Notes: generated by a model from the letters alone, not told the origin. A stretch of DNA of 64,000 nt from an uncultured Actinomycetes bacterium (GCA_963727235.1 CAVSFZ010000012.1:19408-83407); one strand, 5' to 3'; counted from the stretch's first letter, positions 1 to 11,733 are shown. Made by a program: numbers and translations.

Positions 1-714
1 GGCGCCGATGCTGAGAAACACCGCAATCACGAGGTGGCCGGCCAGCAGGTTGAAGAACAACCGGAAGCTGAGCGAAACCAGCCGCACCAGCTGGGACAGC
101 ACCTCGATGAACCCGATCAGACCGATCAGAAGCGCGATCGGTACGGCGTTCTTCCAGCTGGTGATCTTGGGCATACCCGACGGCATCCAGCTCTTGAAGT
201 ACGGGAGCACGCCGTTGTAGCGGATGCCCTCGATGTGTGTGGCGAAGAACGTGATCAGCGTGAGCGTGATGGCCACCGAGAAGTTGGCGGTGGCAGCGTA
301 GATCTGGAGCTTGGGGACGGTCAGCGAGGTGCCGGGGATGTACACCCGCTCCTCGCTGAACGGGAGCGGGATGAACCCGATCAGGTTATTCATCCAGATG
401 AAGACAAACAGGGTTGCGATGTACGGGAACCAGATCCGCAGTCCCTCTTCGGGCAGACCCGCCCGGGCGATCTGGTTGAGGCACACGTCGAAGATCGCCT
501 CGATCGCCGTCTGGGGCTTGTCCGGCCGGTTCTTGAGGCCGCGGCGGACGACCCACAGCGTCAGGATGATCGAGAGCGCGGAGGCCATCCACAGGTACAG
601 CACTGCCTTGTTGATATCGAGCTTGCCGGGAAGGTCGATGTACGGGTGGTTGACGAAGTCGGTGAACTCCGAAACCGGGTTGAAATCGCTGGCGGCGAGC
701 AGGACGTTCAGCAT
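1..714 (-). CDS. atpB: F0F1 ATP synthase subunit a (partial; C-terminus lies beyond the left window edge)
   Basis: Absent from the ORF track because it has no stop in the window. My translation of the minus strand from ATG 714-712 gives MLNVLLAASDFNPVSEF...LVRLVSLSFRLFFNLLAGHLVIAVFLSIGA. It is multi-TM and carries the subunit-a Arg motif region (LSFRLFFN). It lies directly downstream of atpI/atpZ-like genes. Confidence 0.85.
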   Translation of the reverse strand, partial: MLNVLLAASDFNPVSEFTDFVNHPYIDLPGKLDINKAVLYLWMASALSIILTLWVVRRGLKNRPDKPQTAIEAIFDVCLNQIARAGLPEEGLRIWFPYIATLFVFIWMNNLIGFIPLPFSEERVYIPGTSLTVPKLQIYAATANFSVAITLTLITFFATHIEGIRYNGVLPYFKSWMPSGMPKITSWKNAVPIALLIGLIGFIEVLSQLVRLVSLSFRLFFNLLAGHLVIAVFLSIGA

Positions 715-1098
715 TTACGCGGTGTCTCCCACGTCGTGTCGGTGAGTTGCGATCCGGGTGGCGATGTCGACGGTCAGCAGCAACAGCAGCAGCAGCACCG
801 AGCTGATCGCCATGGTCGAGTTGTCCTTGGTGATCAGAAACAGCGCCAGCATCAGGATCCACGGCCGGGCCAGCATGCTTACGCCCATCATGCCCACGCC
901 ACGCAGCGGGCCGGCTTTGGCCGCGCGGCGCTCGATCACGACGCTCAGATAGCGGTTCACCGCCCACAGCAGGGTCGCCCAGAACCAGCCTTCGAGAGGC
1001 AGCCCCGCGGCCAGGAACACCGGGAAGGCAAGCAGGGCCAAGCACGCATCGAGGTTGTGTGAGAGCAGGCGTGAAGCTGACGTTTCAGTCGAGGTCAT
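715..1098 (-). CDS. atpI: ATP synthase protein I-like small membrane protein
   Basis: Taken from ORF 715..1194. I prefer the internal ATG at 1098 (MTSTETSASRLL...), which overlaps the upstream ORF's stop by 4 nt (ATGA). The product is hydrophobic. Its stop TAA (715-717) is immediately followed by the atpB ATG. The call rests on position and hydrophobicity only. Confidence 0.5.
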   Translation of the reverse strand: MTSTETSASRLLSHNLDACLALLAFPVFLAAGLPLEGWFWATLLWAVNRYLSVVIERRAAKAGPLRGVGMMGVSMLARPWILMLALFLITKDNSTMAISSVLLLLLLLTVDIATRIATHRHDVGDTA

Positions 1099-1286
1099 AG
1101 ATCGCGGTACCGGCGGTAGACGAGGTAGAAGCTGACGGGGATCCCGACCACGGCACCGACGGCGCCACCTGCGACCGGTAATCCAATCGCCCATCCAACC
1201 ACAAGGCCCGCACCGGTGAACACCACCAGTGCCGAAAGCAGAAAAATTCCCGCCGTCGCTCCCGAAGCGACCGGCTTTCCCGCCAC
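1095..1286 (-). CDS. AtpZ/AtpI-family small membrane protein
   Basis: 63 aa with a GTG start and two predicted TM helices (GIFLLSALVVFTGAGLVVGW / GAVGAVVGIPVSFYLVY). It is the first gene of the atp cluster. Confidence 0.5.
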   Translation of the reverse strand: MAGKPVASGATAGIFLLSALVVFTGAGLVVGWAIGLPVAGGAVGAVVGIPVSFYLVYRRYRDL

Positions 1287-1419
1287 GTCAACGCGTCCTT
1301 TGGACGAGCACTACGTAACCGCCGGGAAGTATGCCAGACGCGGGAGTATGTGACAACCACATAAGTCTGTCACAATCGCCGCAATCTCCCATCCCTGGCC
1401 GAATTCGGTCACCGGTTGT

Positions 1420-2544
1420 TCACGCTGCGGGGCGTCTTTGTGTCACATCGTCCGAGGCCCCTCGGAAGAGGCCGACAGCCTGCAGATGACGGAGTTTCAG
1501 GATCTCCAGCGTGTAGATCACGTACAGGGAGGTGCCCACGGCGAGCAAGCCCAGACTCCCCAGCACCAACACCGATGTGGTGTCCCATCCGGTGCGGTGA
1601 TTGGGCACGAACCGGATGGCCAGTGCAAACGCCGACAGCACCAGGCACCAAGCGTACAGCGTCAACGCGGTCCGCCGCTGGCCAAACCCGATGGACGCGA
1701 ACCGGTGGTGGAAATGCGACCGATCGGCCTGGTAGATCGGTTGCCCGTACTTCATCCGCTTGAGGATCACGAACGAGGTGTCGAGGATTGGCAGCGCCAG
1801 CACCACCAGCGGGAACACGAGCGATACGGCCGCAGCCGTCTTGAGTACGCCCTGGATCGCGATCGTGGCCAGCAGGTATCCCAGCATGAGCGCCCCGCAG
1901 TCGCCCATGATGATGCTGGCGGGGTGGAAGTTGTACCGCAGGAACCCCACTGAGGCGCCTGCGACGATCGCGCTGATGGCGGCCGCGTCGGGGTGCGAGA
2001 GCGATGCCGAAAGGATCGCGAAGGTCAGCGCCGCGATCGCGCAGAACCCTGCAGCCAAGCCGTCCATGCCGTCGATGAAGTTGACGATGTTGGCGATCGC
2101 GACCACCCACAGCACCGTCACCAGCACCGACCACCAGCCCAGGTTGAAGGCGCCCAGCAGCGGCAGCGTGACATGGTCGATGCGGATGCCGAAGGACACC
2201 GGCACGGCTGCGATCGCCACCAGTCCGGCCATCTTCACGGCGGGATGCAGCGAATGGATGTCGTCCAGCAGACCCAGTCCCAGCATCAAGGTGGCGCCCA
2301 GCATGATCCCCCAGAACCCGTGGTGATGGCCGAGCGCCAGGGCCGGGATGACGATGCCGATGTAGATGGCCACGCCGCCCAGGCGTGGTATCGGCCGGCG
2401 GTGCAACCGGCGCGCGTCGGTGGGCACGTCCAGCACGCCGAAATGCCATGCCGCCAACGACACCGCCGGTGTGATCAGCACAACCAGCAGCAGGGCGACC
2501 ATGAATCCGACGCCGGCTGCCTGGTAGTCGACGAGCCCGTTCAT
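1420..2544 (-). CDS. wecA: UDP-GlcNAc:undecaprenyl-phosphate GlcNAc-1-phosphate transferase (MraY/WecA family)
   Basis: 374 aa polytopic protein with family motifs LLDDIHSL, NFIDGMDGLAAG and MGDCGALMLGY. It has the conserved position upstream of the atp genes. Confidence 0.85.
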   Translation of the reverse strand: MNGLVDYQAAGVGFMVALLLVVLITPAVSLAAWHFGVLDVPTDARRLHRRPIPRLGGVAIYIGIVIPALALGHHHGFWGIMLGATLMLGLGLLDDIHSLHPAVKMAGLVAIAAVPVSFGIRIDHVTLPLLGAFNLGWWSVLVTVLWVVAIANIVNFIDGMDGLAAGFCAIAALTFAILSASLSHPDAAAISAIVAGASVGFLRYNFHPASIIMGDCGALMLGYLLATIAIQGVLKTAAAVSLVFPLVVLALPILDTSFVILKRMKYGQPIYQADRSHFHHRFASIGFGQRRTALTLYAWCLVLSAFALAIRFVPNHRTGWDTTSVLVLGSLGLLAVGTSLYVIYTLEILKLRHLQAVGLFRGASDDVTQRRPAA

Positions 2545-2591
2545 CTCCAGGCAAGCGTACCCCTACCGCTGGACTGAGCCCGGTGGTTGTC

Positions 2592-2624
2592 GTGAATAAT
2601 TGGTGCCTGGCACCAATTATTCAC
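2592..2624. repeat. 33-bp perfect palindrome, TT/AA subtype (putative REP-like element / bidirectional terminator)
   Basis: Sequence gtgaataattggtgcc-t-ggcaccaattattcac. The two 16-nt arms are exact reverse complements. It overlaps the upp stop codon (TGA, 2621-2623). Confidence 0.9.
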
Positions 2625-3247
2625 TTGGTGCCGAAGAGGCGGTCGCCGGCATCGCCGAGGCCGGGCAGGATGTAGCCGTTGGAGTTCAGGCCGGAATCCA
2701 CCGCGACCGTGTACACCGTCACGTCGGGATGCGCGGCGGCCACCCGTTCGAGCCCCTCGGGTGCGGCAACAATCGAGAGCAGGCTCATGCGGCGGGCTCC
2801 CTGGCGAGCGCATTCGGTCAGCGCCGCGGCGGCCGACCCGCCGGTGGCGAGCATCGGGTCGAGCATCAGCACGTCGCGTTCCTCCATGTCTCCCGGCAGC
2901 TTGCTGTAGTACTCCACCGGCTGCAGGGTGTGTTCGTCGCGGTAGAGGCCGACGAACCCGACCCGGGCGACCGGGATCAGATCGATCACGGTGTCGAGCA
3001 TGCCCAGCCCCGCCCGCAGCACCGCCACCACCGCCACCTTCTTGCCCGAGATCCGGGCCACCTCCGCCGTGTCCAGCGGCGTCTCCACGGAGGCCGGCTC
3101 CAGCTCGAGGTCACGGGTGGCCTCGTAGGCGAGGAACGCTGACAGCTCGCCCATCAGCTGGCGGAAATCACGAGTGGTGGTGGTGCGATCGCGCAGCAGC
3201 CCGAGCTTGTGCAGGGCAAGCGGGTGATCGACGACGACGAGCGGCAC
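2621..3247 (-). CDS. upp: uracil phosphoribosyltransferase
   Basis: 208 aa with a full-length Upp-like sequence (VLRAGLGMLD, MLDPMLATGGSA, YILPGLGDAGDRLFGTK). Confidence 0.95.
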   Translation of the reverse strand: MPLVVVDHPLALHKLGLLRDRTTTTRDFRQLMGELSAFLAYEATRDLELEPASVETPLDTAEVARISGKKVAVVAVLRAGLGMLDTVIDLIPVARVGFVGLYRDEHTLQPVEYYSKLPGDMEERDVLMLDPMLATGGSAAAALTECARQGARRMSLLSIVAAPEGLERVAAAHPDVTVYTVAVDSGLNSNGYILPGLGDAGDRLFGTK

Positions 3248-4537
3248 TCAGAGCTCGGGATAGCCGTGCATGAACGCCGGGTAGAGCGGACGCGCGGCCA
3301 AGAGCTCGAGCGTGCGCTCCCGCAGACGGTTGAGGTCGGCCGCCTGGTCGAGCGTCTCCAAGATGATCGCGCCCACCTCGCGCATGTCCTCCTCGGTCAA
3401 CCCCCGCATCGTTACCGCAGGGGTGCCGATGCGCACACCCGAGGCAATCGTGGGCGGGCGCTCGTCGTAGGGCACCGTGTTTCGGTTGACGGTGATGGCC
3501 ACCTGGTCGAGCCGCTCCTCGGCGTCCTTGCCCGACCACTCGGTGTTGCGCAGGTCGAGCTGCAGCAGATGCACATCGGTGCCTCCGGTGAGCAGCTCCA
3601 AGCCGCCGTCCATAAGCGTCTCTGCCAGCGTCTTGGCGTTGGCCACGATCTGCTGCTGGTAGGCCTTGAACGCGTCCGAAGCCGCCAGCTTGAAGCACAC
3701 CGCCTTGGCCGCCACCACGTGGCACAACGGCCCGCCCTGAAGACCAGGGAACACGGCCTTGTCGACCGCGGCGGCATGCTCGGCGGTGCTCAGGATCACG
3801 CCGGAACGGGGCCCGGCCAGCGTCTTGTGGGTGGTGGACGTGACCACGTCGGCATGCTCCACCGGGTTGGGGTGAAGCCCGGCTGCAACCAGCCCCGCGA
3901 AGTGCGCCATATCCACCATCAGGAGCGCCCCCACCTCGTCGGCGATCTCACGGAACACGGCCGCATCGATCACCCGCGGGTACGCCGATGCACCGGCCAC
4001 GATCAGCTTTGGCCGGTACTCCTTGGCCAGCCGCCGCACCTCGTCGAAGTCGATCCGCGAATCCTCCCGGCGCACGCCGTAGGCATGCACGTCGTACAGG
4101 CGCCCGGAGAAGTTGACCTTGAGGCCGTGGGTGAGATGGCCGCCGTGATCGAGCCGTAGCCCCAGAATCGGGTCGCCGGGCTTGATCAACGCGAAGTACG
4201 CGGCCTGGTTGGCCGGGCCGCCGGCGTGCGGCTGGACGTTCGCGTGCTCGGCGCCGAACAGCGCCTTGGCCCGATCGATCGCCAGCTGCTCGACCTCGTC
4301 GATCCACTCGCAGCCGCCGTAGTAGCGCTTGCCGGGGTAGCCCTCGGCGTACTTGTTGGTCAGCACCGACCCGACCGCCTCCAGCACCGCCGGCCAGGTG
4401 AAGTTCTCGGACGCGATCAACTCGAGCTGGGTTCGCTGGCGCCCCAACTCCTTGTCGATCAGCGCCGCAACGGCGGGATCCGTCTCTGCCAGGCCGGCGA
4501 CCTGGAACGACGTCAGCATCTGTTCTGTGGTGGCCAT
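3248..4537 (-). CDS. glyA: serine hydroxymethyltransferase
   Basis: 429 aa with [28 protein letters not shown] and [14 protein letters not shown] (PLP-Lys region). Confidence 0.95.
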   Translation of the reverse strand: MATTEQMLTSFQVAGLAETDPAVAALIDKELGRQRTQLELIASENFTWPAVLEAVGSVLTNKYAEGYPGKRYYGGCEWIDEVEQLAIDRAKALFGAEHANVQPHAGGPANQAAYFALIKPGDPILGLRLDHGGHLTHGLKVNFSGRLYDVHAYGVRREDSRIDFDEVRRLAKEYRPKLIVAGASAYPRVIDAAVFREIADEVGALLMVDMAHFAGLVAAGLHPNPVEHADVVTSTTHKTLAGPRSGVILSTAEHAAAVDKAVFPGLQGGPLCHVVAAKAVCFKLAASDAFKAYQQQIVANAKTLAETLMDGGLELLTGGTDVHLLQLDLRNTEWSGKDAEERLDQVAITVNRNTVPYDERPPTIASGVRIGTPAVTMRGLTEEDMREVGAIILETLDQAADLNRLRERTLELLAARPLYPAFMHGYPEL

Positions 4538-4570
4538 GCCTGCCTCCTGAATCGCGAACGTCGACCGACT

Positions 4571-5158
4571 CTAACGCACCGCAGCCAGCACGGCCTCAAC
4601 CCCCGGACCGTCTCGCAGCACCACCGGTTGATCGCCGGTGACGTCGATCACCGCGGAGGGCGCGCCCGGCAGCGGGCCGCCGTCGATGGCGATCGCGGCC
4701 GCCTCCAGCAGCTCCGCCGGGATCTGGTCGAACGCCGCCGGCGCCGGCTGACCGCGCAAGTTCGCACTGGTGGCCACAAGCCCCCCGACAGCGTCGGCCA
4801 GCGCGGCCACCTCCGCCGGCAGCTGCGGTACCCGCACGCCGATGCGGGTGGGGTCGTCGCCGCACACATGGGCAAACCGCCGTCCCGGATTGGAAATCAC
4901 CAGCGTGATCGGCCCGGGCAGCACGCTCGACAGCAGGCCGATGCGGCCGCTGGCCTCCGGCACGGCATCGGCGACGAGCGCGCCGACCGATCCCAGCATG
5001 ATCGCCGTCGGCTGGGTTGCGGGCCGTTGCTTGAGCGCGTACAGCCGCTCCACCGCGGCCGGCACGGCGGCGGCGCAGGCGATCCCGTAGACCGTGTCGG
5101 TGGGCAGGATCGCAAGCTCGCCCGCAAGCAGCAACGCGACCTGCTCGGCGCGGCTCAC
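4571..5158 (-). CDS. tsaC: L-threonylcarbamoyladenylate synthase (TsaC/YwlC type)
   Basis: C-terminal 195 aa of ORF 4571..5503 (LPTDTVYGIACAA..., TSANLRGQPAP). I chose the GTG start at 5158 because it makes a GTGA overlap with the prmC stop. The upstream part of the ORF is Arg/Gly-rich and lies inside prmC. Confidence 0.8.
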   Translation of the reverse strand: MSRAEQVALLLAGELAILPTDTVYGIACAAAVPAAVERLYALKQRPATQPTAIMLGSVGALVADAVPEASGRIGLLSSVLPGPITLVISNPGRRFAHVCGDDPTRIGVRVPQLPAEVAALADAVGGLVATSANLRGQPAPAAFDQIPAELLEAAAIAIDGGPLPGAPSAVIDVTGDQPVVLRDGPGVEAVLAAVR

Positions 5159-5990
5159 GGACGCCGCCCCGTGATGAATCGCTCGATCCCGGCAAAATCG
5201 TCGCGCACCCCGATGTCGGTGTAGGCCTCCGCGGCCAACGCGCCGGCCACGGCACCGGCCTGGCCCGCGCCACACTCCAGCGCGAGCAGCCCGGCGGGGG
5301 TGAGCGCAGGCGGCGCCAACCGTACCAGCGCCAGCAGCAGCTGCAATCCGCCCGGCCCGGGGGTGGTGGCGACGCGCGGCTCCCACAGCCGCACCTCCGG
5401 CTCGAGCGTGTCCAGCTCGGCAGCGGGGATGTAGGGGGGGTTGGACACGATCAGATCGAACTGCCGCCCCCCCACCGCATCCAGCAGGTCTGACTCGAGC
5501 CACTCGACCTCCAAACCAAGATCGGCGCCGTTGGCCCGCGCCAGGTCGAGTGCGCCCGGCGAGATGTCAGTCGCCGTCACCCGCGCCGCCGGCAGCTCCT
5601 GCGCTATTGCCAGCGCAATCGCACCCGACCCGGTGCCCACATCCAGTACCGCCGGCGCCGGCACCGTCATCAAGAATTCCAGGCAGACATCCACCAGCTC
5701 CTCGGTCTCCGGCCGGGGGATCAGCACTCGCCGGTCGACCGCCAGGTCGAGACCGCGGAAGCCCCATCGGCCAAGGATGTAGGCGACCGGCTCGCGCCGG
5801 CTGCGGCGCTCCACCAGCGACCCGATCGACCCCAACTCGGAGGCGGTCAGCACCCGGGCGTGCTGCGAATACACCTCGCTGCGGGAGAGGGAGAGGGCGT
5901 GCCCGGCAAGCAGCTCGGCGTCCAGCCGAGGGCTGGGGCTGTGGTCGGAGAGCGCGCCGGTGGAGCTGACGATGACCTCGCCGAGGCTGG

Positions 5991-5994
<4 letters not shown>
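5155..5994 (-). CDS. prmC: peptide chain release factor N5-glutamine methyltransferase
   Basis: 279 aa with the SAM motif VLDVGTGSGAIA and the catalytic NPPY (VSNPPYIP). It overlaps the prfA stop. Confidence 0.9.
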
Positions 5995-7061
<1,067 letters not shown>

Positions 7062-7086
7062 CGCCCTGGATCGTACTCACGAGCAG

Positions 7087-7665
7087 CTACGCCGGGCCGT
7101 AGAAGCCCTCGGCCCAGGGATCGAAGTGATCCGGAGCCTGCCAGTGTGGGATCCACATGCCGGCGATGTTGACCGTCCGCGCGGTGGGCTCGGCCCGATG
7201 CGCAACGGCCGCGGCACACGCCTGGCACGCGGGCACGTGAACGGGAGGCTCACCAGCGGGCGCCCAGTCGACGTCGACCACGGACAGGCCGTGAGCGGGG
7301 TCGAAGTAGCACGGCCGGCGCTGCTCGGGGGGCTGGCGCCCCTCGACAGCCGCCTGCGCGCACTGCACGGCATAGAACCCTTCGGCCACCGCAGCGGTGG
7401 CAGCCTGAACGTCGGCGGGATGCCGGGCGTTGGCGAGAGCTTCGTTGGCCCGCCGCTCGCATTCGCGTGCGTGGTCAAGCTCCTCGGTCGCCTCAGGCGG
7501 AGCTCCCACCCGGCGAATCTGCTCGGTCAGCGCGGTCACGTCATGCTCGGTGAAACGCCGTACCTGGTCGGTCAGGGCCTCATCGGTCGTCGACCGGTTC
7601 TTGATAACCGCCCACGCGACCAGGGCGATCGCGGCCACCACGATAACGATCACTATCGGCATCAT
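7087..7665 (-). CDS. hypothetical membrane-anchored protein with a Cys-containing C-terminal domain
   Basis: 192 aa with an N-terminal TM helix (MMPIVIVIVVAAIALVAWAV) followed by a helical region. The C-terminal part reads RRPCYFDPAHG...VPACQACAAAV. I did not recognise a family. Confidence 0.5.
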   Translation of the reverse strand: MMPIVIVIVVAAIALVAWAVIKNRSTTDEALTDQVRRFTEHDVTALTEQIRRVGAPPEATEELDHARECERRANEALANARHPADVQAATAAVAEGFYAVQCAQAAVEGRQPPEQRRPCYFDPAHGLSVVDVDWAPAGEPPVHVPACQACAAAVAHRAEPTARTVNIAGMWIPHWQAPDHFDPWAEGFYGPA

Positions 7666-8603
7666 TACGCCATCACCTCCACGGTCGCGCCGTCTGAGCG
7701 CGACTCCGCATCAAGCACGTCCTGGAGGGCCTGGATCGAGACCTCGACCTGGTCCAGCGTCGGCTCACGCGTTGTCAGGGACTGCAGCCACAGGCCCGGT
7801 TTGAGAAGCGTCTGCACAATGCTGCTATCGGGATGTCGGCTCCCAAACCTGATCAATTCATACGCAAACCCCGCAATCACGGGCAAAAGCAGCACCCGTG
7901 ACAGCACCAGAAACGGTAAATCCGGCCGCCCCACGGCGGCAAACACGAAGATCGCGATCACCATCACCCACAGCAGAAATGCGGTGCCGCAGCGGACGTG
8001 CACCTTCGAGAACGACTGCACCCGCTCGGGTGTGAGCTCGGCGCCGGCCTCGAACGCGTTGATCGCCTTGTGCTCGGCCGCGTGGTACTGGTACACCCGC
8101 CGCAGGTCGGGGATCAGCGAGATCACGGCCAGGTACCCGATCAGCAACCCCACTCTGATGCACCCCTCGGCGATCACGAACAGCGCCGTGTTGTGGATCG
8201 GCAGAAGCGATACCAGCAGCACCGGCGAGACCTTGAAGACGATCACTGCGAACCCGATCGCGATCGCGAACGCGAACACCAACTGGCCCTTGGTCAACTC
8301 GGTGGACGACTCCGACATCTCCTCGCTGCCATCGTCGGCGGCGTAGTTGGCCGAGACCGCCAGCGCCCGAAAGCCGATCGCAAGCGACTCACCGAGCGCG
8401 ACCACGCCTCGGATCACGGGCAGCCTGAAGATGCGGTGGCGGGCGGCGGCGCTGCGCACCGGTACGCACACGCTGGAGACGCCGCCGTCGGGTCGGCGCA
8501 CGGCCACCGCCCATGATCCAGGGCTGCGCATCATCACGCCCTCGAGCACGGCTTGTCCGCCCACGTTGGTGCTCACGGTGAGTCCTGGATGGGTGCCATC
8601 CAA
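7665..8603 (-). CDS. DUF1385 (YqhQ-like) membrane protein
   Basis: 312 aa with GGQAVLEGVMMRS near the N-terminus and YHAAEHKAINAFE, both as I remember for DUF1385. This family is frequently found between rpmE and prfA. The start is uncertain: TTG 8603 or GTG 8576. Confidence 0.75.
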   Translation of the reverse strand: MDGTHPGLTVSTNVGGQAVLEGVMMRSPGSWAVAVRRPDGGVSSVCVPVRSAAARHRIFRLPVIRGVVALGESLAIGFRALAVSANYAADDGSEEMSESSTELTKGQLVFAFAIAIGFAVIVFKVSPVLLVSLLPIHNTALFVIAEGCIRVGLLIGYLAVISLIPDLRRVYQYHAAEHKAINAFEAGAELTPERVQSFSKVHVRCGTAFLLWVMVIAIFVFAAVGRPDLPFLVLSRVLLLPVIAGFAYELIRFGSRHPDSSIVQTLLKPGLWLQSLTTREPTLDQVEVSIQALQDVLDAESRSDGATVEVMA

Positions 8604-8623
8604 GGAGCCATCGGCACGAATGC

Positions 8624-8830
8624 CTATGCGGTTGACCGCGCCTGGCGGCGACGAAACCGCTCGACCCGTCCACCGGTGTCCACCAGCTTCTGCTTCCCGG
8701 TGTAGAACGGGTGGCAGTCGGCGCAGATCTCGACATGCAGATCTGGCTTGGTGGCTCGGGTGACGAAGTCATTCCCACACGAGCAGTGCACGTGGGCGAC
8801 GACGTAGTTTGGGTGAATATCCGGCTTCAT
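8624..8830 (-). CDS. rpmE: 50S ribosomal protein L31
   Basis: 68 aa: MKPDIHPNY...CSCGN...[13 protein letters not shown]. Confidence 0.95.
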   Translation of the reverse strand: MKPDIHPNYVVAHVHCSCGNDFVTRATKPDLHVEICADCHPFYTGKQKLVDTGGRVERFRRRQARSTA

Positions 8831-8838
8831 CTCGATCC

Positions 8839-9870
8839 TCAGCTTAGCACGGGGGTTGCCGCCTCCACCGCCGCCTCCACAGCTGCGCTGTCGACATCCA
8901 GATGAGTGACAAAACGCACGGTGCGAGGGCTCAGGTCGGCGCAGAGGACGCCGACCTGCTCGAGCTCGGCAACCAGCCCTCGGGCGTCGCCGCCGTCCGG
9001 CACCGCCGCCAGCACGATGTTGGTCTCCACGTTGTCGGGGTCGAACACCAGGCGCGTGCTGGAGGCAAGCCCCAGCGCCAACGCACGAGCGTTTTGGTGG
9101 TCATCCGCCAGGCGGTCGACATGATTTCGGAGCGCGTGCAGGGCGCCGGCCGCGATTACGCCGGCCTGGCGCATGCCCCCGCCGAACAGCTTGCGGTTAC
9201 GCCGGGCCTGCTCGACGAACTCGGCCGAGCCGGCCACCGCCGAGCCGACGGGAGCGCCGAGGCCTTTGGAGAAGCACACGCTGACAGAGTCGACCGCGGC
9301 CGCGATCTCTGCCGGGGGGAGTCCGATGGCTACGGCGGCGTTCCAGATGCGGGCGCCGTCCATATGCAGCGCAAAACCGTGATCGCGGGCCCAGTCCCCG
9401 ACCGCCAGCAGGCGGCCCAGCGGGTACACCAGCCCACCCAGCTCCCCCACGGTGTTCTCGACCCACACCAGGCGCTGACGGGCGTGATGCGGGTCGCTGG
9501 GGTCGCGCAGATACCGGTCGAGCAGCTCGGGCTCGAGCACGCCGCGGGCGCCGGGCAGCATCCGCGGCTGCACGCCTGCAAGGGCCGCCACACCACCCTG
9601 CTCGTGCACCACAACATGGGCCTGCTCGTGCACGAACATCTCATCGCCGGGCCGGGTGTAGGAGCGCGCCGAGATCAAATTCCCCATCGAACCCGAGGGG
9701 ACGTACACGGCCGCCTCCTTGCCGAGCATCGCGGCGACCTCGGCCTCCAGTGCGATGACCGTGGGATCGTCACCCCAGACGTCGTCGCCCACCTCCGCTT
9801 CCGCCATCGCGCGGCGCATCTCCGGCGTCGGCCGAGTAACGGTGTCGGAACGGAAGTCGAGCGCGGGCAC
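8839..9870 (-). CDS. ltaE: low-specificity L-threonine aldolase
   Basis: Motifs [27 protein letters not shown] and [12 protein letters not shown] (PLP Lys). I prefer the GTG start at 9870 (VPALDFRSD...) by analogy with the N-termini of known LtaE proteins. ATG 9915 is the alternative. The track start at 9960 would overlap the divergent gene. Confidence 0.8.
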   Translation of the reverse strand: MPALDFRSDTVTRPTPEMRRAMAEAEVGDDVWGDDPTVIALEAEVAAMLGKEAAVYVPSGSMGNLISARSYTRPGDEMFVHEQAHVVVHEQGGVAALAGVQPRMLPGARGVLEPELLDRYLRDPSDPHHARQRLVWVENTVGELGGLVYPLGRLLAVGDWARDHGFALHMDGARIWNAAVAIGLPPAEIAAAVDSVSVCFSKGLGAPVGSAVAGSAEFVEQARRNRKLFGGGMRQAGVIAAGALHALRNHVDRLADDHQNARALALGLASSTRLVFDPDNVETNIVLAAVPDGGDARGLVAELEQVGVLCADLSPRTVRFVTHLDVDSAAVEAAVEAATPVLS

Positions 9871-9923
9871 GGCGGCAGCGTATCCCGTCCCGAACCCGGG
9901 CCGAACCGGTAGCATCACCGCCC

Positions 9924-11621
9924 ATGTCGACTCCCCGCCGGCCATCCGACTATCCACCACCGGTTCAAATCAACGAGTTCGTGTGCGCACCCGAGGCCGC
10001 CGAGGACGAGCGCATCGATGTGGGTGTGCTGTTCGTCGGCGGCGGCCCGGCCGGCCTGGCAGGGGCGATCCGGCTGGGACAGCTGCTGGCGGCCGACCCC
10101 GCCACCGCCGAGCAGCTGGGCGAGGTGCCGGTGGCGGTGCTCGACAAGGGCCGGGTGATCGGCGCCCACCTGCTCTCGGGCGCTGTCGTCAATCCTTCGG
10201 CGCTGCGCGACCTCTTCCCGGACACACCGTTGGAGCAGCTGCCCAGCTTCGGGCCGGTGAAGAAGGAGTCGGTGTTCATGATGCGCGAGGGCTTTGCCGC
10301 GCACATCCCCACTCCTCCGCCGTTTCACAACAAGGGCAACTGGATCTTCTCGCTGTCCCAGCTGGGCCGGTACATGGGCGAGCAGGCCGAGGAGCTCGGC
10401 GCGATGCTGCTGCCCGAGACCGACGCCCAGAAGCTGCTGGTGTCTGACGGCGCGGTGCGCGGTGTGATGACCGGGGACAAGGGCCTCGACCGCGATCGGC
10501 AGCCGGGATCGAGCTACGAGCCCGGTGCCGAGATCCACGCTCGCGCCACCGTGCTTTCGGAAGGCACCCAGGGCCACCTGTCACTCGCGGCCGCGGAGCA
10601 CTTTGGCCTGCACCGCCGGAACCCTCAGATCTACTCGCTCGGGGTGAAAGAGGTCTGGCGGGTGGCCAAGCCGCTGGATCGAGTCGTGCACACGCTGGGA
10701 TGGCCGCTGCGGGCGTCGGCCAAGTCAGGTGAAAGTGGCGGGTCGTTCATCTATCCGATGGGCGAGGACATGGTCGTGATCGGATTCGTGGTCGGCCTCG
10801 ACTACCACGACGCGTCGCTGTCGCCGCACGACCTGCTGCAGCAGTTCAAGACGCACTCGCTGATCCGGCCGCTGCTGGAAGGCGGTGAGCGGATCGCGTG
10901 GGGCGCCAAGACCATTCCCGAGGGCGGCCTGCTGTCCGTGCCTGATCGGCTAAACGTGCCGGGCGCGGTGATCACCGGCGACTCGGCCGGATTCGTCAAC
11001 GTCCCCAAGCTGAAGGGCGTTCACTACGCCATGCGCTCGGGCATGCTGGCCGCCGACACGATCTACGAGCAGCTCAAGGCGGGAGCCGACCCAGCAGCTC
11101 CGGGGGCGCTCCAGGGATACGACCGGCGGGTGCGCCAGAGCCATATCTGGCGCGACCTGCACAAGGTGCGCAACATGCGCCAGGCGCTCAACCGCGGCCT
11201 GTTTCTGGGTGGCGGCCTGGCCAGCGCCATGGATCTCACCCGCGGCGCGTTCCCCGGCGGCAACTTCAGCGTCAAGCGCGACGCCGAAGCGGCACTCACG
11301 ATCGGGCCTCGCGACTATCCGGCGCCGGACGGCAAGCTCACCTTCGACAAGCTTTCGAGTGTGTTCCTGTCGGGCAACCGCACTCGCGACGACCAGCCCA
11401 ATCACGTCCGCATCGCCCATCGCGTGCCGCGCGAGGTGGGCGAGGCCTGGGTGGCGATGTGCCCGGCCCAGGTGTACGAGATCGCCGGTGACGCCGGGGA
11501 TGGGATCGTGGAGGTGGAGCTGACCCCATCCAACTGCGTTCAGTGCGGAGCGATCACCGCCAAGGGCGGCCGCCTCACCCCGCCCGAAGGCGGTAGCGGC
11601 CCCGAGTACTCCAACATGTGA
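9924..11621 (+). CDS. electron-transfer flavoprotein:quinone oxidoreductase (ETF-QO)
   Basis: 565 aa with an FAD motif [11 protein letters not shown] and a C-terminal ferredoxin-like segment (CPAQVYE...NCVQCGAI). It neighbours etfAB. Confidence 0.85.
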   Translation: MSTPRRPSDYPPPVQINEFVCAPEAAEDERIDVGVLFVGGGPAGLAGAIRLGQLLAADPATAEQLGEVPVAVLDKGRVIGAHLLSGAVVNPSALRDLFPDTPLEQLPSFGPVKKESVFMMREGFAAHIPTPPPFHNKGNWIFSLSQLGRYMGEQAEELGAMLLPETDAQKLLVSDGAVRGVMTGDKGLDRDRQPGSSYEPGAEIHARATVLSEGTQGHLSLAAAEHFGLHRRNPQIYSLGVKEVWRVAKPLDRVVHTLGWPLRASAKSGESGGSFIYPMGEDMVVIGFVVGLDYHDASLSPHDLLQQFKTHSLIRPLLEGGERIAWGAKTIPEGGLLSVPDRLNVPGAVITGDSAGFVNVPKLKGVHYAMRSGMLAADTIYEQLKAGADPAAPGALQGYDRRVRQSHIWRDLHKVRNMRQALNRGLFLGGGLASAMDLTRGAFPGGNFSVKRDAEAALTIGPRDYPAPDGKLTFDKLSSVFLSGNRTRDDQPNHVRIAHRVPREVGEAWVAMCPAQVYEIAGDAGDGIVEVELTPSNCVQCGAITAKGGRLTPPEGGSGPEYSNM

Positions 11622-11687
11622 GGCTGGTCCGCGGCGGTTTTGGCGGCGTCCTGCGCCTCAGGGCGCCAGTCGTGATAGACGCTGGTG

Positions 11688-11720
11688 GTGAATAATTGGT
11701 GCCAGGCACCAATTATTCAC
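11688..11720. repeat. 33-bp perfect palindrome, TT/AA subtype
   Basis: Sequence gtgaataattggtgcc-a-ggcaccaattattcac. It is intergenic between the convergent ETF-QO and etfA genes. Confidence 0.9.
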
Positions 11721-11733
11721 GGTGAGGCTTGGG

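Noticed and set aside
34-1062. Long ORFs in the six-frame track that lie antisense or out of frame to recognisable genes. Examples are 34..1062 +, 8902..9912 +, 15052..16626 +, 22961..24319 -, 27501..30110 - and 39343..40953 -.
   Set aside because: Their translations are Arg/Gly/Pro/His/Asp-rich and low-complexity with no family motifs. Each overlaps a CDS with clear homology. These are the shadow ORFs expected in very GC-rich DNA.
1328-1375. An inverted repeat TGTGACA-N12-TGTCACA and a TTGTCA-17-CATACT promoter-like motif (minus strand) upstream of the atp cluster.
   Set aside because: They are plausible as a promoter or operator for the atp operon. The evidence is pattern inspection only, with no second line of support, so I did not list them as features.
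9871-9923. An apparent 8-bp gap (or overlap) between the divergent ltaE and ETF-QO start codons when ATG 9915 or the track start 9960 is used.
   Set aside because: This is resolved by preferring GTG 9870 for ltaE, which matches the usual M-x-x-DLRSDTVT N-terminus and leaves a 53-bp divergent region. It is a start-codon ambiguity rather than biology.
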